Positions 43,538 to 53,294 of a stretch of DNA of 64,000 bases are shown piece after piece; position 1 is the first letter of the stretch, and every line of letters starts with the position of its first letter. Location: IMG/VR virus record IMGVR_UViG_3300025732_000019. The stretch is one strand, 5' to 3'. The DNA is from a virus. Both the position numbers and the translations under genes were made by a program. Below the pieces are notes generated by a model that made no database searches, was not told the origin of the DNA, and saw nothing but the letters and a program-made list of their open reading frames with translations.

Positions 43538-44500
43538 ATGTCTGCATGGGGTGGTAACAGTAACAACGAAAGCAAGCCAAAGTTTCCGTGGATCGTCAAC
43601 GGCGACGGAAAGATGTTTGGCAATAGCTCAACAAACAACAGCGCCAACACGTACGCAACGGAACAGGGATGGGTGTTTCGGTGGCCGTGGGGTGAGGAAG
43701 TGCTTGTCGGCATTGGGCAGTTGGCGACAAACCTTGGCGCGCCGACGATAACTGGTGTGGAACTGGTTTCAGCGGTGTCGAATATCGCATCCGCAAATAT
43801 TCGTTTCCGTCTCGAATGGAACGAACCCGTCACCGTGTCGGGCGGTACACCGTCTATCGTCGCGATTGGTTCGAACGGTGCCGCAAACATCGTATTGACC
43901 TACTCTGCAACGGATTCGGATGCGAACAGCGGTAAGCTGGTGTTCGCAAACACGACACAGAATCTCAACACCGCAGCAAAGGCGGATTGGGCATTCACCG
44001 TCAACTCAACATCAGGTGGCGCCAACTTCACCAACTACGGCGCAATCAAGGATCGCAACAATAGTTCGATTAACATTTCGAGCACATTGGTGGGTTCTGC
44101 GTTGTTGGCCATTGACGCCTACAAGCCTGGTATTGCACCGGGCGGTATCGTCTCCGGCGCAGCACCGTCACCCGCAGCGAACCAGACACTCTCGATCACA
44201 GTCAACTTCAATGAAGCCGTGACAGTGACGGGTTCGCCCAGTGTGGTAGCGGTTTCGAGCAACACAAGCACCATCGCGAACAAGACGCTGGTCTATCATG
44301 CGGCAAGTTCGAACACCACTGCTGGCAACCTTGTGTTCCGTCTGACGGGTATCGATATGACGGGTGCGAACAGTATCGTGTTCACCATCAACGGTTCGTC
44401 AACGCTCGCCAACTGGCCGAACATCGTCGGTATCTCGGGCAACAGCGCACAGAACACACTCGGTGCGTCAGCGAACACCGTCACTGTGGCGGCATCGTAA
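43538..44500 (+). CDS. virion structural/decoration protein with two Ig-like repeats
   Basis: MSAWG start; twice-repeated NE.VTV.G..PS.VA...L.Y....S....G.LVF. Confidence 0.75.
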   Translation: MSAWGGNSNNESKPKFPWIVNGDGKMFGNSSTNNSANTYATEQGWVFRWPWGEEVLVGIGQLATNLGAPTITGVELVSAVSNIASANIRFRLEWNEPVTVSGGTPSIVAIGSNGAANIVLTYSATDSDANSGKLVFANTTQNLNTAAKADWAFTVNSTSGGANFTNYGAIKDRNNSSINISSTLVGSALLAIDAYKPGIAPGGIVSGAAPSPAANQTLSITVNFNEAVTVTGSPSVVAVSSNTSTIANKTLVYHAASSNTTAGNLVFRLTGIDMTGANSIVFTINGSSTLANWPNIVGISGNSAQNTLGASANTVTVAAS

Positions 44501-44516
44501 TAGCGAGTCTCACGTC

Positions 44517-44852
44517 ATGACACTCTCAATGAAGCAACGTGAACTGTGTCAGGAACTCGGGATTTCGGAGCGGCTGATCGAGGATATCGTATCAGTCGCT
44601 TCGGAACCCGGTCTTCCTTGCCCAGACTGTGAACAATCGCCGTGCAAATGTCAGATTGATGAATTTCCATTTGGATTAGAATCAACGGCCAATCCCGCAA
44701 TTGCGGCACAAGATGCCAAACAGAAGGAAGCCGAACGTGAGAAGAAGTTGAAAGATAAAATGCAGGATACTGTACAAGATGACATGCATCGAAAGTACAA
44801 TGCAAAGCCGGATAAAGTGACACTCTTTCCCTCAACCGATGCGCAAATCTAA
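44517..44852 (+). CDS. hypothetical protein
   Basis: CPDC...C.C; LxE sites. Confidence 0.65.
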   Translation: MTLSMKQRELCQELGISERLIEDIVSVASEPGLPCPDCEQSPCKCQIDEFPFGLESTANPAIAAQDAKQKEAEREKKLKDKMQDTVQDDMHRKYNAKPDKVTLFPSTDAQI

Positions 44853-45382
44853 TGCTGATCTCTCACATCTATTGCGATATGGATGGCGTGCTCGCGAATT
44901 TCAAAAGTGCCGCCGAAGATTTTTTTGATATCGATATCGACCGAGACAGTGCTGCATTTGACCGCATTTGGAGTGGTGCGCAAGGTAGTGAACGACTAAA
45001 GAAAGAATGGCCGACATTCTGGATGGATCTCGATCCGATGCCCCATGCGGTCGCCCTCTGGAAAGTCATTAGCCCCTATCATCCGTCTATCCTCACGGCT
45101 ATTCCACAAAATTGGCCGTCGAGCGCAACAGGGAAACTCGTCTGGTGCAAGCGTCACTTACCCAAATTCGGGTATCACCCGCAGCAGACATTTCATGCAG
45201 TGTCGCGCAGTCAAAAGCAGCACTACGCACGTCAAGCTGACGGCACGCCAAATATTCTCATCGACGATTTCACCAAAAATATTCATGAATGGGAACGTGC
45301 CGGTGGGATTGGCATTTTATACACAGATGGAATGACGAGCGTCAATCGCGTCGAAGGTGTACTTCATCGTTTAGATAAATAG
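44852..45382 (+). CDS. HAD-family 5'(3')-deoxyribonucleotidase
   Basis: DMDGVLA.F, K..W, ILIDD, W..AGG.GI. Confidence 0.92.
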   Translation: MLISHIYCDMDGVLANFKSAAEDFFDIDIDRDSAAFDRIWSGAQGSERLKKEWPTFWMDLDPMPHAVALWKVISPYHPSILTAIPQNWPSSATGKLVWCKRHLPKFGYHPQQTFHAVSRSQKQHYARQADGTPNILIDDFTKNIHEWERAGGIGILYTDGMTSVNRVEGVLHRLDK

Positions 45383-45405
45383 TCATTGATCACAATGGAG
45401 GCAGT

Positions 45406-45603
45406 ATGTCATCGCATATTTCAGTCAGTGAAGTGGAAGAACGTATCAAGCAGTTGAAGGCGACCGCAGAGCAGCTTGGACAAGAATTACAGAATCTCGA
45501 CGCAGCGCGACAGCAGACATTTTTGCGGGCGCAAATCGTACAGGGTGTGGTCGCGGTGTTAGAAGATCTGGTTCGCACGACTCGCCCCGACGATGGAGTT
45601 TGA
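45406..45603 (+). CDS. small coiled-coil protein
   Basis: GGAGG RBS, late promoter. Confidence 0.7.
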   Translation: MSSHISVSEVEERIKQLKATAEQLGQELQNLDAARQQTFLRAQIVQGVVAVLEDLVRTTRPDDGV

Positions 45604-45988
45604 ACAACTAACACCCAAGAATGCGATTCTCTACGCGACGCGTATGTATGATAATCCGCAATGTATCTCTTTTGATGAGTTTGCGGAAGATTATAAGCGG
45701 TTCAAGTATATCAAACGACTGTGCCGCCGGTATGTGTTGTCAAAGCAATTGAGCGAACGGCTGATTCTGAATCATATCATTGGGTTAGTGAATGTGTTTG
45801 GCCCTGAAGCCACCGTGCGATTGTTGTTTGTGAAATGCGACAACGAGCGCACCTATCGTGTGTTAAAACCGTTTCTGTCATATCTCGCAATACTGCCTGA
45901 TGTGATTGTCGGTATCAACGGATATGATATCATCACACGTGATATACCAAATGATGAGCGGATTTGGAAAAAACTACGAGAACTCTAA
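45593..45988 (+). CDS. conserved T4-like protein
   Basis: YDNPQC...EF.ED..RFKYIKRL...ERLILNH. Confidence 0.85.
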   Translation: MEFEQLTPKNAILYATRMYDNPQCISFDEFAEDYKRFKYIKRLCRRYVLSKQLSERLILNHIIGLVNVFGPEATVRLLFVKCDNERTYRVLKPFLSYLAILPDVIVGINGYDIITRDIPNDERIWKKLREL

Positions 45989-46896
45989 TGTCTTTACTTC
46001 CACGTCTTCAACGTATCCTTCGTGAATCGCCGGCGATTCTCGATAAGCCCACACGAACGCCTCAAGAAATTGCCGACAAGCACGGCGTGCCTCTTGCGGA
46101 TATCGAAGCACAATTGAAAAAGGGTATTGCTGTCGAGAAGGAACATACATCAGACGAAGCGATTGCTCGGGAGATTGCGCTCGATCATCTTTCAGAAATG
46201 CCCGACTATTACGATAAACTGGCGAAGGTCGAAGAAACAGTTGCGAGGGTTCCCGGTCGATTACCAGAACGAGGAATGATGCCTTCACCCTTTCCAGTTA
46301 CTAACTACCATATTCCGCTACACCAGAATTTTGTCAATGCCCCCGTCCGCCGCGTTTCTCTCCACGATCTTCACGCAACACAACGCACCGTCGATGCGGA
46401 TAACGTCAGACGGTTTATCGACGACCCTACGCTTGGCGGAAAACCCATCGTCGCGAATCTTGACGGCACCCTGACCATTGTAGACGGGCATCATCGTCTT
46501 ACCGCGGCCAAATTGCGTGGTGAAACGTATGCACTCGCGCATGTTGTTGAGGATGCACCAGCGATGGCCGCGGGTCACGGAGCTATTGCAGGGATTGGCG
46601 TGGGCCCAAAGGGTGAACCTGGCGTCATGCTTCCGCGTAAGAAGCGCGTCGATGAAGCCGTCGCGGATACCTTCGGAAACGCGGATGTATTTGATGTCGA
46701 TATGGATTTGGTCATGAACGTACGCGACCCCAAAAAAAATTGGGAACGGTATTCCAAATACGTAGGCATCGATGAAGTCGGTGAAGATATTCGTGCGCAT
46801 GCTCGCAAGCACTGGAAGCGCGACATTATTCTTCGCGACAGTAAGACGGGTGTTATGCGGTTTTTGCGTCGTCGGCAACCTCGCGTGGTGAAGTAA
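45988..46896 (+). CDS. multi-module protein: DUF5661-like plus ParB/Srx-like domain
   Basis: G..VE.EHT...A.EIALDHL.E.PDYY; ATQ...DGHHR. Confidence 0.8.
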   Translation: MSLLPRLQRILRESPAILDKPTRTPQEIADKHGVPLADIEAQLKKGIAVEKEHTSDEAIAREIALDHLSEMPDYYDKLAKVEETVARVPGRLPERGMMPSPFPVTNYHIPLHQNFVNAPVRRVSLHDLHATQRTVDADNVRRFIDDPTLGGKPIVANLDGTLTIVDGHHRLTAAKLRGETYALAHVVEDAPAMAAGHGAIAGIGVGPKGEPGVMLPRKKRVDEAVADTFGNADVFDVDMDLVMNVRDPKKNWERYSKYVGIDEVGEDIRAHARKHWKRDIILRDSKTGVMRFLRRRQPRVVK

Positions 46897-47381
46897 TGGA
46901 TAACGGATTTGCCGCGCTGCTCGGTTCATTGACAGGATTCTCGGCGAGTTTGGTGCCGCATCTTATCGATCTGTATCGTTCGTATCAAAGTCATACGTAT
47001 AAGATGGAAGAACGTCAGCAAGAGTTGCAAGCTGCGGAAGCGAACTACAAGTTTCAAATAGAGAAAAGCAATACCACGGCCAGTACCGCAGAACTGAAAG
47101 CACTGTTGGCACACGACGAAAATCTGACTAGCAGTAAATGGCTACAAGATCTTCGTGCTAGTGTACGCCCGGTCGTAACGTATATATTCATGCTGTTGTT
47201 CGTATTTGTCAAAGTAGCATCGTTTATTCATTTTGCTAACGATCCTCGGATTGACGTGACGACCGCCGTCACATTATTATGGGATACGGAAACTATTGCG
47301 CTGTTTTCCGCAGTGCTTTCATTTTGGTTCGGGTCGCGTGCGATGGATAGTTATCGCTTATCGACCCGCATTAAGAAGTAA
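46896..47381 (+). CDS. holin-like membrane protein
   Basis: RASVRPVVTY...FWFGSR. Confidence 0.65.
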   Translation: MDNGFAALLGSLTGFSASLVPHLIDLYRSYQSHTYKMEERQQELQAAEANYKFQIEKSNTTASTAELKALLAHDENLTSSKWLQDLRASVRPVVTYIFMLLFVFVKVASFIHFANDPRIDVTTAVTLLWDTETIALFSAVLSFWFGSRAMDSYRLSTRIKK

Positions 47382-47386
47382 ACTAT

Positions 47387-47845
47387 ATGACGACTCGACG
47401 CTCGGCACGTGCTCGATACCCTCGCGACATTGATTTGGCCACAGAATTGGAAATCGCGAAGCAAGTAGAAACGACGGAAGAAAAAGTCATGAAGAGACTT
47501 GACGAATCGGTGGTGCGATTCGAAACCGTCACACACGAGATGCGAGAAAAGCAAACGTCAGACAGAGCCTATCTTACGGAAAGCGTACAAACCGTGGAAC
47601 GCAACCTCACCGAAAAAATCGAAACCGAAACAAAGCGCCTCACCGCACATTTTGATTCCGCTATCGCCAAGCTCGATGCAAAATGGAGTCAGCAAGTACA
47701 GGAACTGGAAACCCGCGATAGAAATATCGAAAAGCGCGTGGGCCTGCTAGAAAATTGGCGTTGGCTATTGGTTGGTGGTGGAGTGGTCGTATTGTGGATC
47801 GTATCGCAGATCATTCTCGATAAAATTGTGCACACTCCACAGTAA
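47387..47845 (+). CDS. coiled-coil protein with C-terminal TM
   Basis: LE.WRW...GG. Confidence 0.75.
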   Translation: MTTRRSARARYPRDIDLATELEIAKQVETTEEKVMKRLDESVVRFETVTHEMREKQTSDRAYLTESVQTVERNLTEKIETETKRLTAHFDSAIAKLDAKWSQQVQELETRDRNIEKRVGLLENWRWLLVGGGVVVLWIVSQIILDKIVHTPQ

Positions 47846-47868
47846 ACTGTGGTATACTGCATTTTACT

Positions 47869-48888
47869 ATGTCGTTGTGGCGTGATAAAAAATATGTGAA
47901 CCTTCTCGCTGCTCAGTTGCCACGGTTTCGTTGGAAATCGTCTACGATTGCCAATTGCCGATGTGTCTTGTGCGGCGACTCCGCAAAAAGTCAACTCAAA
48001 GCACGCGGCTATTTCTTCCCACACAAGCAATCCTATCTGTATAAATGCCACGATTGTGGTGTGTCGATTCCGTTGGCGGCGTTTCTCTATCGCGTGTCGC
48101 GACAGTTGCATCACGAATATGTTATGGAGAAATGGAAAGACGATGCACCAGAGGTAGTTCCGGCCTCCACACCATCACAGACCGTCTTTACGCCATCTCG
48201 GGTGTTTACACAGCCGAAAGAGATGGAGCAACTATCGGCATCCGTGCTCTCTCCAGAATTGATTGCGGTTCGAGAATTCGTCGAACATCGACAGATACCC
48301 GCATCCGCATTGAAGTATTTGTATGGCACCACACACGCGCACACGTTTCTGCAACCCCTCGTCGGCGATGCGAAAGCCGCCGCAGTCAAGGATGGCCTTT
48401 CCTATCTGGTGATTCCCCTGTGCCTTCCAAACGGCACATGGTATGGTGCACAGTTTCGACTGTTGACACGAAAAGAATATTTGACGTTTCGTTGGGGGCA
48501 CGATCGACTGCGCGTCTTTGGATTGCAGTATTGCAATCTCACACAACCCGTGTATTGCGTCGAAGGCCCGCTCGATGCACTCTGCCTACCCAATGCGTTA
48601 GCAATGTGCGGATCGGATTTGCAGGGAGGCGTCGATGCGCTTCGTGCAGAAGGTCTTGAACCGAAACGCTATGTATTGGTGTGGGATAATGAACCTCGAA
48701 ATACTTCCGTGCGCGCATTGATTACGAAGGCCGTACACAAGGGTGAGCCCGTTGTCATTTGGCCACCGGCACTTCCCAAAGATGTGAATGAAATGGTGCA
48801 GCATGGAATCGACGCGATTGCTCTTATTCGCGCACATACATATCAAGGTATTCGAGCAGAATTGGAGTTACAGCAATGGCAGAAGTGA
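47869..48888 (+). CDS. 61: DNA primase
   Basis: RC..CGDS...KARGY, CH.CG, VEGPLD, DNEPRN, KD.NEM. Confidence 0.95.
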   Translation: MSLWRDKKYVNLLAAQLPRFRWKSSTIANCRCVLCGDSAKSQLKARGYFFPHKQSYLYKCHDCGVSIPLAAFLYRVSRQLHHEYVMEKWKDDAPEVVPASTPSQTVFTPSRVFTQPKEMEQLSASVLSPELIAVREFVEHRQIPASALKYLYGTTHAHTFLQPLVGDAKAAAVKDGLSYLVIPLCLPNGTWYGAQFRLLTRKEYLTFRWGHDRLRVFGLQYCNLTQPVYCVEGPLDALCLPNALAMCGSDLQGGVDALRAEGLEPKRYVLVWDNEPRNTSVRALITKAVHKGEPVVIWPPALPKDVNEMVQHGIDAIALIRAHTYQGIRAELELQQWQK

Positions 48889-49790
48889 AAAATGATAACG
48901 GTATTCTTCGGTTCGCACACACCGCAGATAAGTTTGGTGCCCGACCGGAGAACCCGGACACCGCATTGGCATCAATGCCTGTGCATGACAACGGTCATGT
49001 CGCGCTGCTCTCTGTATATGGCAGTGATGAGTTGATTGTTGATGCCGCACGTATCAGTTATGGAAAAGGCACAAAATCTACACGCAGCACTGCGGCACTC
49101 ATTCGATATCTGTTGCGACACAAGCACACCAGCCCATTCGAACAAGCAGAAGTGACGTTTGTGCTTCGTGCACCCATCTTCGTTGTGCGTCAACTGATTC
49201 GACATCGCACCGCGAATGTCAATGAGTACAGTGCGCGGTACAGCGAATTATCGAATGAGTTTTATCTACCCGGTCGCACCCATTTAGCCGAGCAATCAAA
49301 GACGAACAAGCAAGGTCGTCAAAAGAAGAGTCTGGAAGACCGTCATGATGCGGTGCAGATGGAGTTCGTGCAAGCGCAACAGAACGGCATCGATACGTAT
49401 CAGCGTCTCCTCACAAAGCACAATGTCGCTAGAGAACTCGCACGTGTCGTCACCAGTGTCGGCACCTACACGGAACTCTATTGGAAGTGCGATCTACATA
49501 ACTTCATGCACTTCTTGAACCTTCGCATGGATGAACATGCTCAGCAAGAAATTCGCGACTATGCAAATATTATGTATCAGTGCGCTCTTCCGTTTTTTCC
49601 GATCTCGTTTCAAGCGTGGAATGACTACGTGCGAAACAGCTACACCCTGAGTGCTGCGGAGCGGCGAATGTTGGGGGACATTCTTCGCGCCCACGTGACC
49701 ACGAATACTGCGTGGCCTACCAACACATATGGGATGTCAGATCGGGAATATGCAGAGTTCAAATCGTTTTTAGATCTCACATTAGTATAA
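48876..49790 (+). CDS. thyX: FAD-dependent thymidylate synthase
   Basis: AARISY, H.SPFE, RHRTANVNEYSARY, HAQ.EIR. Confidence 0.96.
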   Translation: MAEVKNDNGILRFAHTADKFGARPENPDTALASMPVHDNGHVALLSVYGSDELIVDAARISYGKGTKSTRSTAALIRYLLRHKHTSPFEQAEVTFVLRAPIFVVRQLIRHRTANVNEYSARYSELSNEFYLPGRTHLAEQSKTNKQGRQKKSLEDRHDAVQMEFVQAQQNGIDTYQRLLTKHNVARELARVVTSVGTYTELYWKCDLHNFMHFLNLRMDEHAQQEIRDYANIMYQCALPFFPISFQAWNDYVRNSYTLSAAERRMLGDILRAHVTTNTAWPTNTYGMSDREYAEFKSFLDLTLV

Positions 49791-49791
49791 A

Positions 49792-49893
49792 TGTGTGCAT
49801 AAGGATGTCAATGTAATCAAATGGGATCTTGATCATCAACAGTTTTTAGATTTATGTAAAATCATCACGGAGAGAAACAATGCAAGAGAATAA
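49792..49893 (+). pseudogene. C-terminal remnant of an HNH homing endonuclease
   Basis: translates CVHKDVNVIKWDLDHQQFLDLCKII, matching WVHKDVNMMKNHFPESRFIEVCQAV of 51899..52474. Confidence 0.8.
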
Positions 49894-51829
49894 AGACGAG
49901 TTTGGCATGACACCCTATATGCAGTTTATCCATCTTTCTCGTTATGCGCGGTGGAATCCACAAGAAAACCGTCGTGAAACATGGCAAGAAACCATTACAC
50001 GATATTTTGACTTCTTTGCGAAACATCTCAAGGAACATTACAAATATACGTTATCCGATGCGTTGCGAAAAGAACTTGAAACCGCAGTCTTGAAACTGGA
50101 TGTGATGCCTTCAATGCGGTGTCTCATGACCGCGGGTGAAGCATTAGAACGCGAGAACGTCGCAGGCTATAACTGCTCCTACGTCGCAATCGATTCACCA
50201 CGTGCATTTGACGAGATCTTGTACATTCTCATGAACGGTACCGGCGTCGGGTTCAGCGTCGAGTCACAATGTGTTGACCAGTTACCAAAGATCGCGGATG
50301 AGTTTCATGATACGGAAACATGTCTTATCGTGCGTGATAGTAAGCTCGGGTGGGCGAAAGCGTTCAAAGAACTGATCGCAATGCTGTATGCAGGGCAGAT
50401 TCCCACGTGGGATGTAAGTCGTGTGCGCCCAGCAGGAACGCCGTTGAAGACATTTGGTGGTCGTGCGAGTGGCCCGGAACCGTTGGTGGAACTCTTTAAG
50501 TTCTGTGTGCGCGTATTTCGTGCGGCGGCCGGGCGTCGATTGACGACGCTCGAATGCCACGATATTGTCTGCAAGATCGCGGAAATCGTCGTCGTCGGTG
50601 GCGTGCGACGCAGTGCGCTGATCTCCCTGTCAGATTTGTATGATGACAGAATGCGCCACGCGAAGAACGGCGAATGGTGGAACATGAACTCCCATCGTGC
50701 GCTGTCGAATAACAGCTACGTAGCGCATCGCGAACGCCCCACGCTGACGACATTCATCGATGAGTGGAAGGCGCTCTATGAGAGCAAGAGCGGGGAACGT
50801 GGTGTGTTCTCTCGGTACGGGGCGAAGCAGCAAGCAGAAAAAACCGGTCGGCGCAATGCGGAACATGATTTTGGCACCAATCCGTGCTCGGAGATCATTC
50901 TGCGCAGCCGTGAGTTCTGCAATCTGTCGGAAGTCGTCGTTCGCGCAGACGATACCCTCGACACACTGAAGAACAAAGTGCGGTTGGCCACGATTCTTGG
51001 CACCTTTCAGTCAACATTGACAAACTTCAACTACATCAATAAAGACTGGAAGCGCAACTGCGACGAAGAGCGATTGCTTGGCGTTTCGCTGACCGGTATC
51101 ATGGATAGCAAACTAACCAACGGCACTGAGAAGAACCTCGAAACGCGATTGCAGGAACTGAAGCGCGTGGCCATCGAGACGAACGAACAGTTTGCCGCAA
51201 CGCTCAAGATTCCGCAGAGTGCTGCGATTACGTGCGTCAAGCCGTCAGGAACGGTGTCAAACCTTGTCGATAGCGCCTCTGGCATTCATGCTCGACACTC
51301 CGAATACTACATTCGTACCGTGCGGGCGGATAAGAAAGATCCGTTGGCGCAGATGATGATCGATGCAGGATTCTCTGCAGAGCCCGATGTAATGCGCCCT
51401 GAGCACACATGGGTGTTCTCCTTCCCACAGAAGTCGCCCAAAGGTGCGATCACGCGTCATCAGCGTTCCGCGATTCAGCAGTTAGAGTTTTGGAAAGTGT
51501 ATCAGGACAACTGGTGTGAACATAAGCCGAGTGCGACTATCTACGTCAAGGAAGACGAATGGCTCGACGTCGGCGCGTGGATCTATCGCAATTTCGATAG
51601 CGTGTCAGGGCTGTCGTTTCTTCCGAACTCGGAGCACATTTATCAGCAGGCCCCCTATCAAGACATCACTAAAGTGGAATATGACGAATGGGTGAAAAAG
51701 ATGCCCAAGAACGTAGATTGGTCGCGGTTGTCAGACTATGAAAAGGCGGATAACACGACGGGTGCACAAGAACTCGCGTGTAGCGCGGGAGTATGCGATA
51801 TAGTTGACATCACCTCGCAACGCTCATAA
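49880..51829 (+). CDS. nrdJ: class II (B12-dependent) ribonucleotide reductase
   Basis: MPSMR, YNCS, GGVRRSA, TNPCSEI, CNL, KPSGT, C-terminal C...C; no beta subunit adjacent. Confidence 0.9.
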   Translation: MQENKDEFGMTPYMQFIHLSRYARWNPQENRRETWQETITRYFDFFAKHLKEHYKYTLSDALRKELETAVLKLDVMPSMRCLMTAGEALERENVAGYNCSYVAIDSPRAFDEILYILMNGTGVGFSVESQCVDQLPKIADEFHDTETCLIVRDSKLGWAKAFKELIAMLYAGQIPTWDVSRVRPAGTPLKTFGGRASGPEPLVELFKFCVRVFRAAAGRRLTTLECHDIVCKIAEIVVVGGVRRSALISLSDLYDDRMRHAKNGEWWNMNSHRALSNNSYVAHRERPTLTTFIDEWKALYESKSGERGVFSRYGAKQQAEKTGRRNAEHDFGTNPCSEIILRSREFCNLSEVVVRADDTLDTLKNKVRLATILGTFQSTLTNFNYINKDWKRNCDEERLLGVSLTGIMDSKLTNGTEKNLETRLQELKRVAIETNEQFAATLKIPQSAAITCVKPSGTVSNLVDSASGIHARHSEYYIRTVRADKKDPLAQMMIDAGFSAEPDVMRPEHTWVFSFPQKSPKGAITRHQRSAIQQLEFWKVYQDNWCEHKPSATIYVKEDEWLDVGAWIYRNFDSVSGLSFLPNSEHIYQQAPYQDITKVEYDEWVKKMPKNVDWSRLSDYEKADNTTGAQELACSAGVCDIVDITSQRS

Positions 51830-51898
51830 TGCCTGAGAACATGTGTGACGTGTGTATCCGGAGTATGTGAAATATAAGTTTCCCTAAATAGATTGCAT

Positions 51899-52474
51899 AT
51901 GTCACAAGCCGTAAAGGGAAACAAACTACCCATTTTCCGTGGTCACGACTATACCGGAGAAAAAATCGGACGTTGGTTGGTTCTGGGCCAATCGCGCTGT
52001 GAACGATATCCTACCGGAAGGAATTATCGTACAAAATGGTTGTGTCGCTGTGATTGTGGTACTGAAAAATGGATAACTAAGGAAAGCCTTACAAAAGGAA
52101 AAAGTAAGGGATGCTATTCCTGTTCGGTCGAAAATAGTTTCGGAGAAAACAATCCCAATTGGAAGGGAGACGGGGTTGTATCTGGTTCATATTGGTATCG
52201 TATGATACATAGTGCGGAATATCGAAACATCGAAGTTTCCGTAAGCATTGAAAATTTGAACGAGATATGGACGGGTTATTGTGTTTTAACCGGATGGCCT
52301 ATTTCAACCGAAGATGGAACCGCATCCCTCGACAGGATCGACAGCGATGCGGGATATGTGCCCGGTAACATTCAATGGGTTCATAAAGACGTCAACATGA
52401 TGAAAAATCACTTTCCCGAATCACGGTTCATCGAAGTATGCCAAGCGGTAAATGTGCACCTCACCAAACCCTAA
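51899..52474 (+). CDS. free-standing homing endonuclease (HNH-like)
   Basis: W.C.CDCG, SLDRIDS..GY..GNIQWVH..VN.MK; AT-rich; own late promoter. Confidence 0.88.
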   Translation: MSQAVKGNKLPIFRGHDYTGEKIGRWLVLGQSRCERYPTGRNYRTKWLCRCDCGTEKWITKESLTKGKSKGCYSCSVENSFGENNPNWKGDGVVSGSYWYRMIHSAEYRNIEVSVSIENLNEIWTGYCVLTGWPISTEDGTASLDRIDSDAGYVPGNIQWVHKDVNMMKNHFPESRFIEVCQAVNVHLTKP

Positions 52475-52501
52475 ATATCTCTATGTTCCAAGGAGAGATA
52501 C

Positions 52502-52708
52502 ATGGCTAAGAAAAGTATCACCATCGATTGCCCACAGTGCATGAACACATGCACTGTGCATGGCCAGAATGCAGAACTCTCACAGTTTTGCCCGTTCTGT
52601 GGTGAAGTGTTTGTTGCGGCATATGATGACGATGATGACGATGAATCATACGGTGCAGATTTTGATGATGATGATTACCGCTCACTTGCGGATGATGACG
52701 AAGAATAA
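52502..52708 (+). CDS. Zn-ribbon protein with acidic tail
   Basis: CPQC...FCPFCG; AGGAG RBS. Confidence 0.8.
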   Translation: MAKKSITIDCPQCMNTCTVHGQNAELSQFCPFCGEVFVAAYDDDDDDESYGADFDDDDYRSLADDDEE

Positions 52709-52711
52709 CGC

Positions 52712-53266
52712 ATGACTGTTGGAATTGATTATAGTATGCAGGCACCTGCGGCGTGTGTCTTCTCGGAGACGCCGCAATTCTGGTGCGCGAGTCAACGCTC
52801 GTTTCCAACCTTGCCATCCCTCACCACGACAACGATTTCTGTTACCGAAGTCGTTCCACGTGCGGAACAGATGGCACAAGCGTTGATTCAATGGTTACAG
52901 CATTATCCAGATGTTCGTACCGTGTATATTGAAGACTATGCCTACAATGCAACTGGGCGCGTCTTTCATATCGGTGAACATGCAGGCATCCTCAAATATC
53001 TTTTGTGGTTGTCTCGCTACGATATCGTCGCGGTTCCGCCTACCGTCATTAAGAAGTTTGCGACCGGTAAGGGGAATGCCGATAAGAATCGTATGACGAG
53101 TGCATTCATGAAAGAATACCCCGAGGCGCATCGCTGGCAAGCCACATTCTTCCCTCGCACGGCTGCCACTGCGTCTGTTGCCAAATCCCCTCTTTCTGAT
53201 TTGGCGGATGCTTACTGGATTGCCAAGTATGCGAAAGCATACATTGACAAGACAACAGTAAAATAG
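52712..53266 (+). CDS. RuvC-like resolvase/endonuclease
   Basis: GIDYS, IEDYA, KKFATGKGNA.K, D.AD. Confidence 0.88.
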   Translation: MTVGIDYSMQAPAACVFSETPQFWCASQRSFPTLPSLTTTTISVTEVVPRAEQMAQALIQWLQHYPDVRTVYIEDYAYNATGRVFHIGEHAGILKYLLWLSRYDIVAVPPTVIKKFATGKGNADKNRMTSAFMKEYPEAHRWQATFFPRTAATASVAKSPLSDLADAYWIAKYAKAYIDKTTVK

Positions 53267-53294
53267 TATAATCTTAACCAAATTAGGAGGTTAT

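Noticed and set aside
33068-51829. Introns or inteins in gp43, gp41 or nrdJ
   Set aside because: ORFs are continuous, of normal length, and lack intein motifs.
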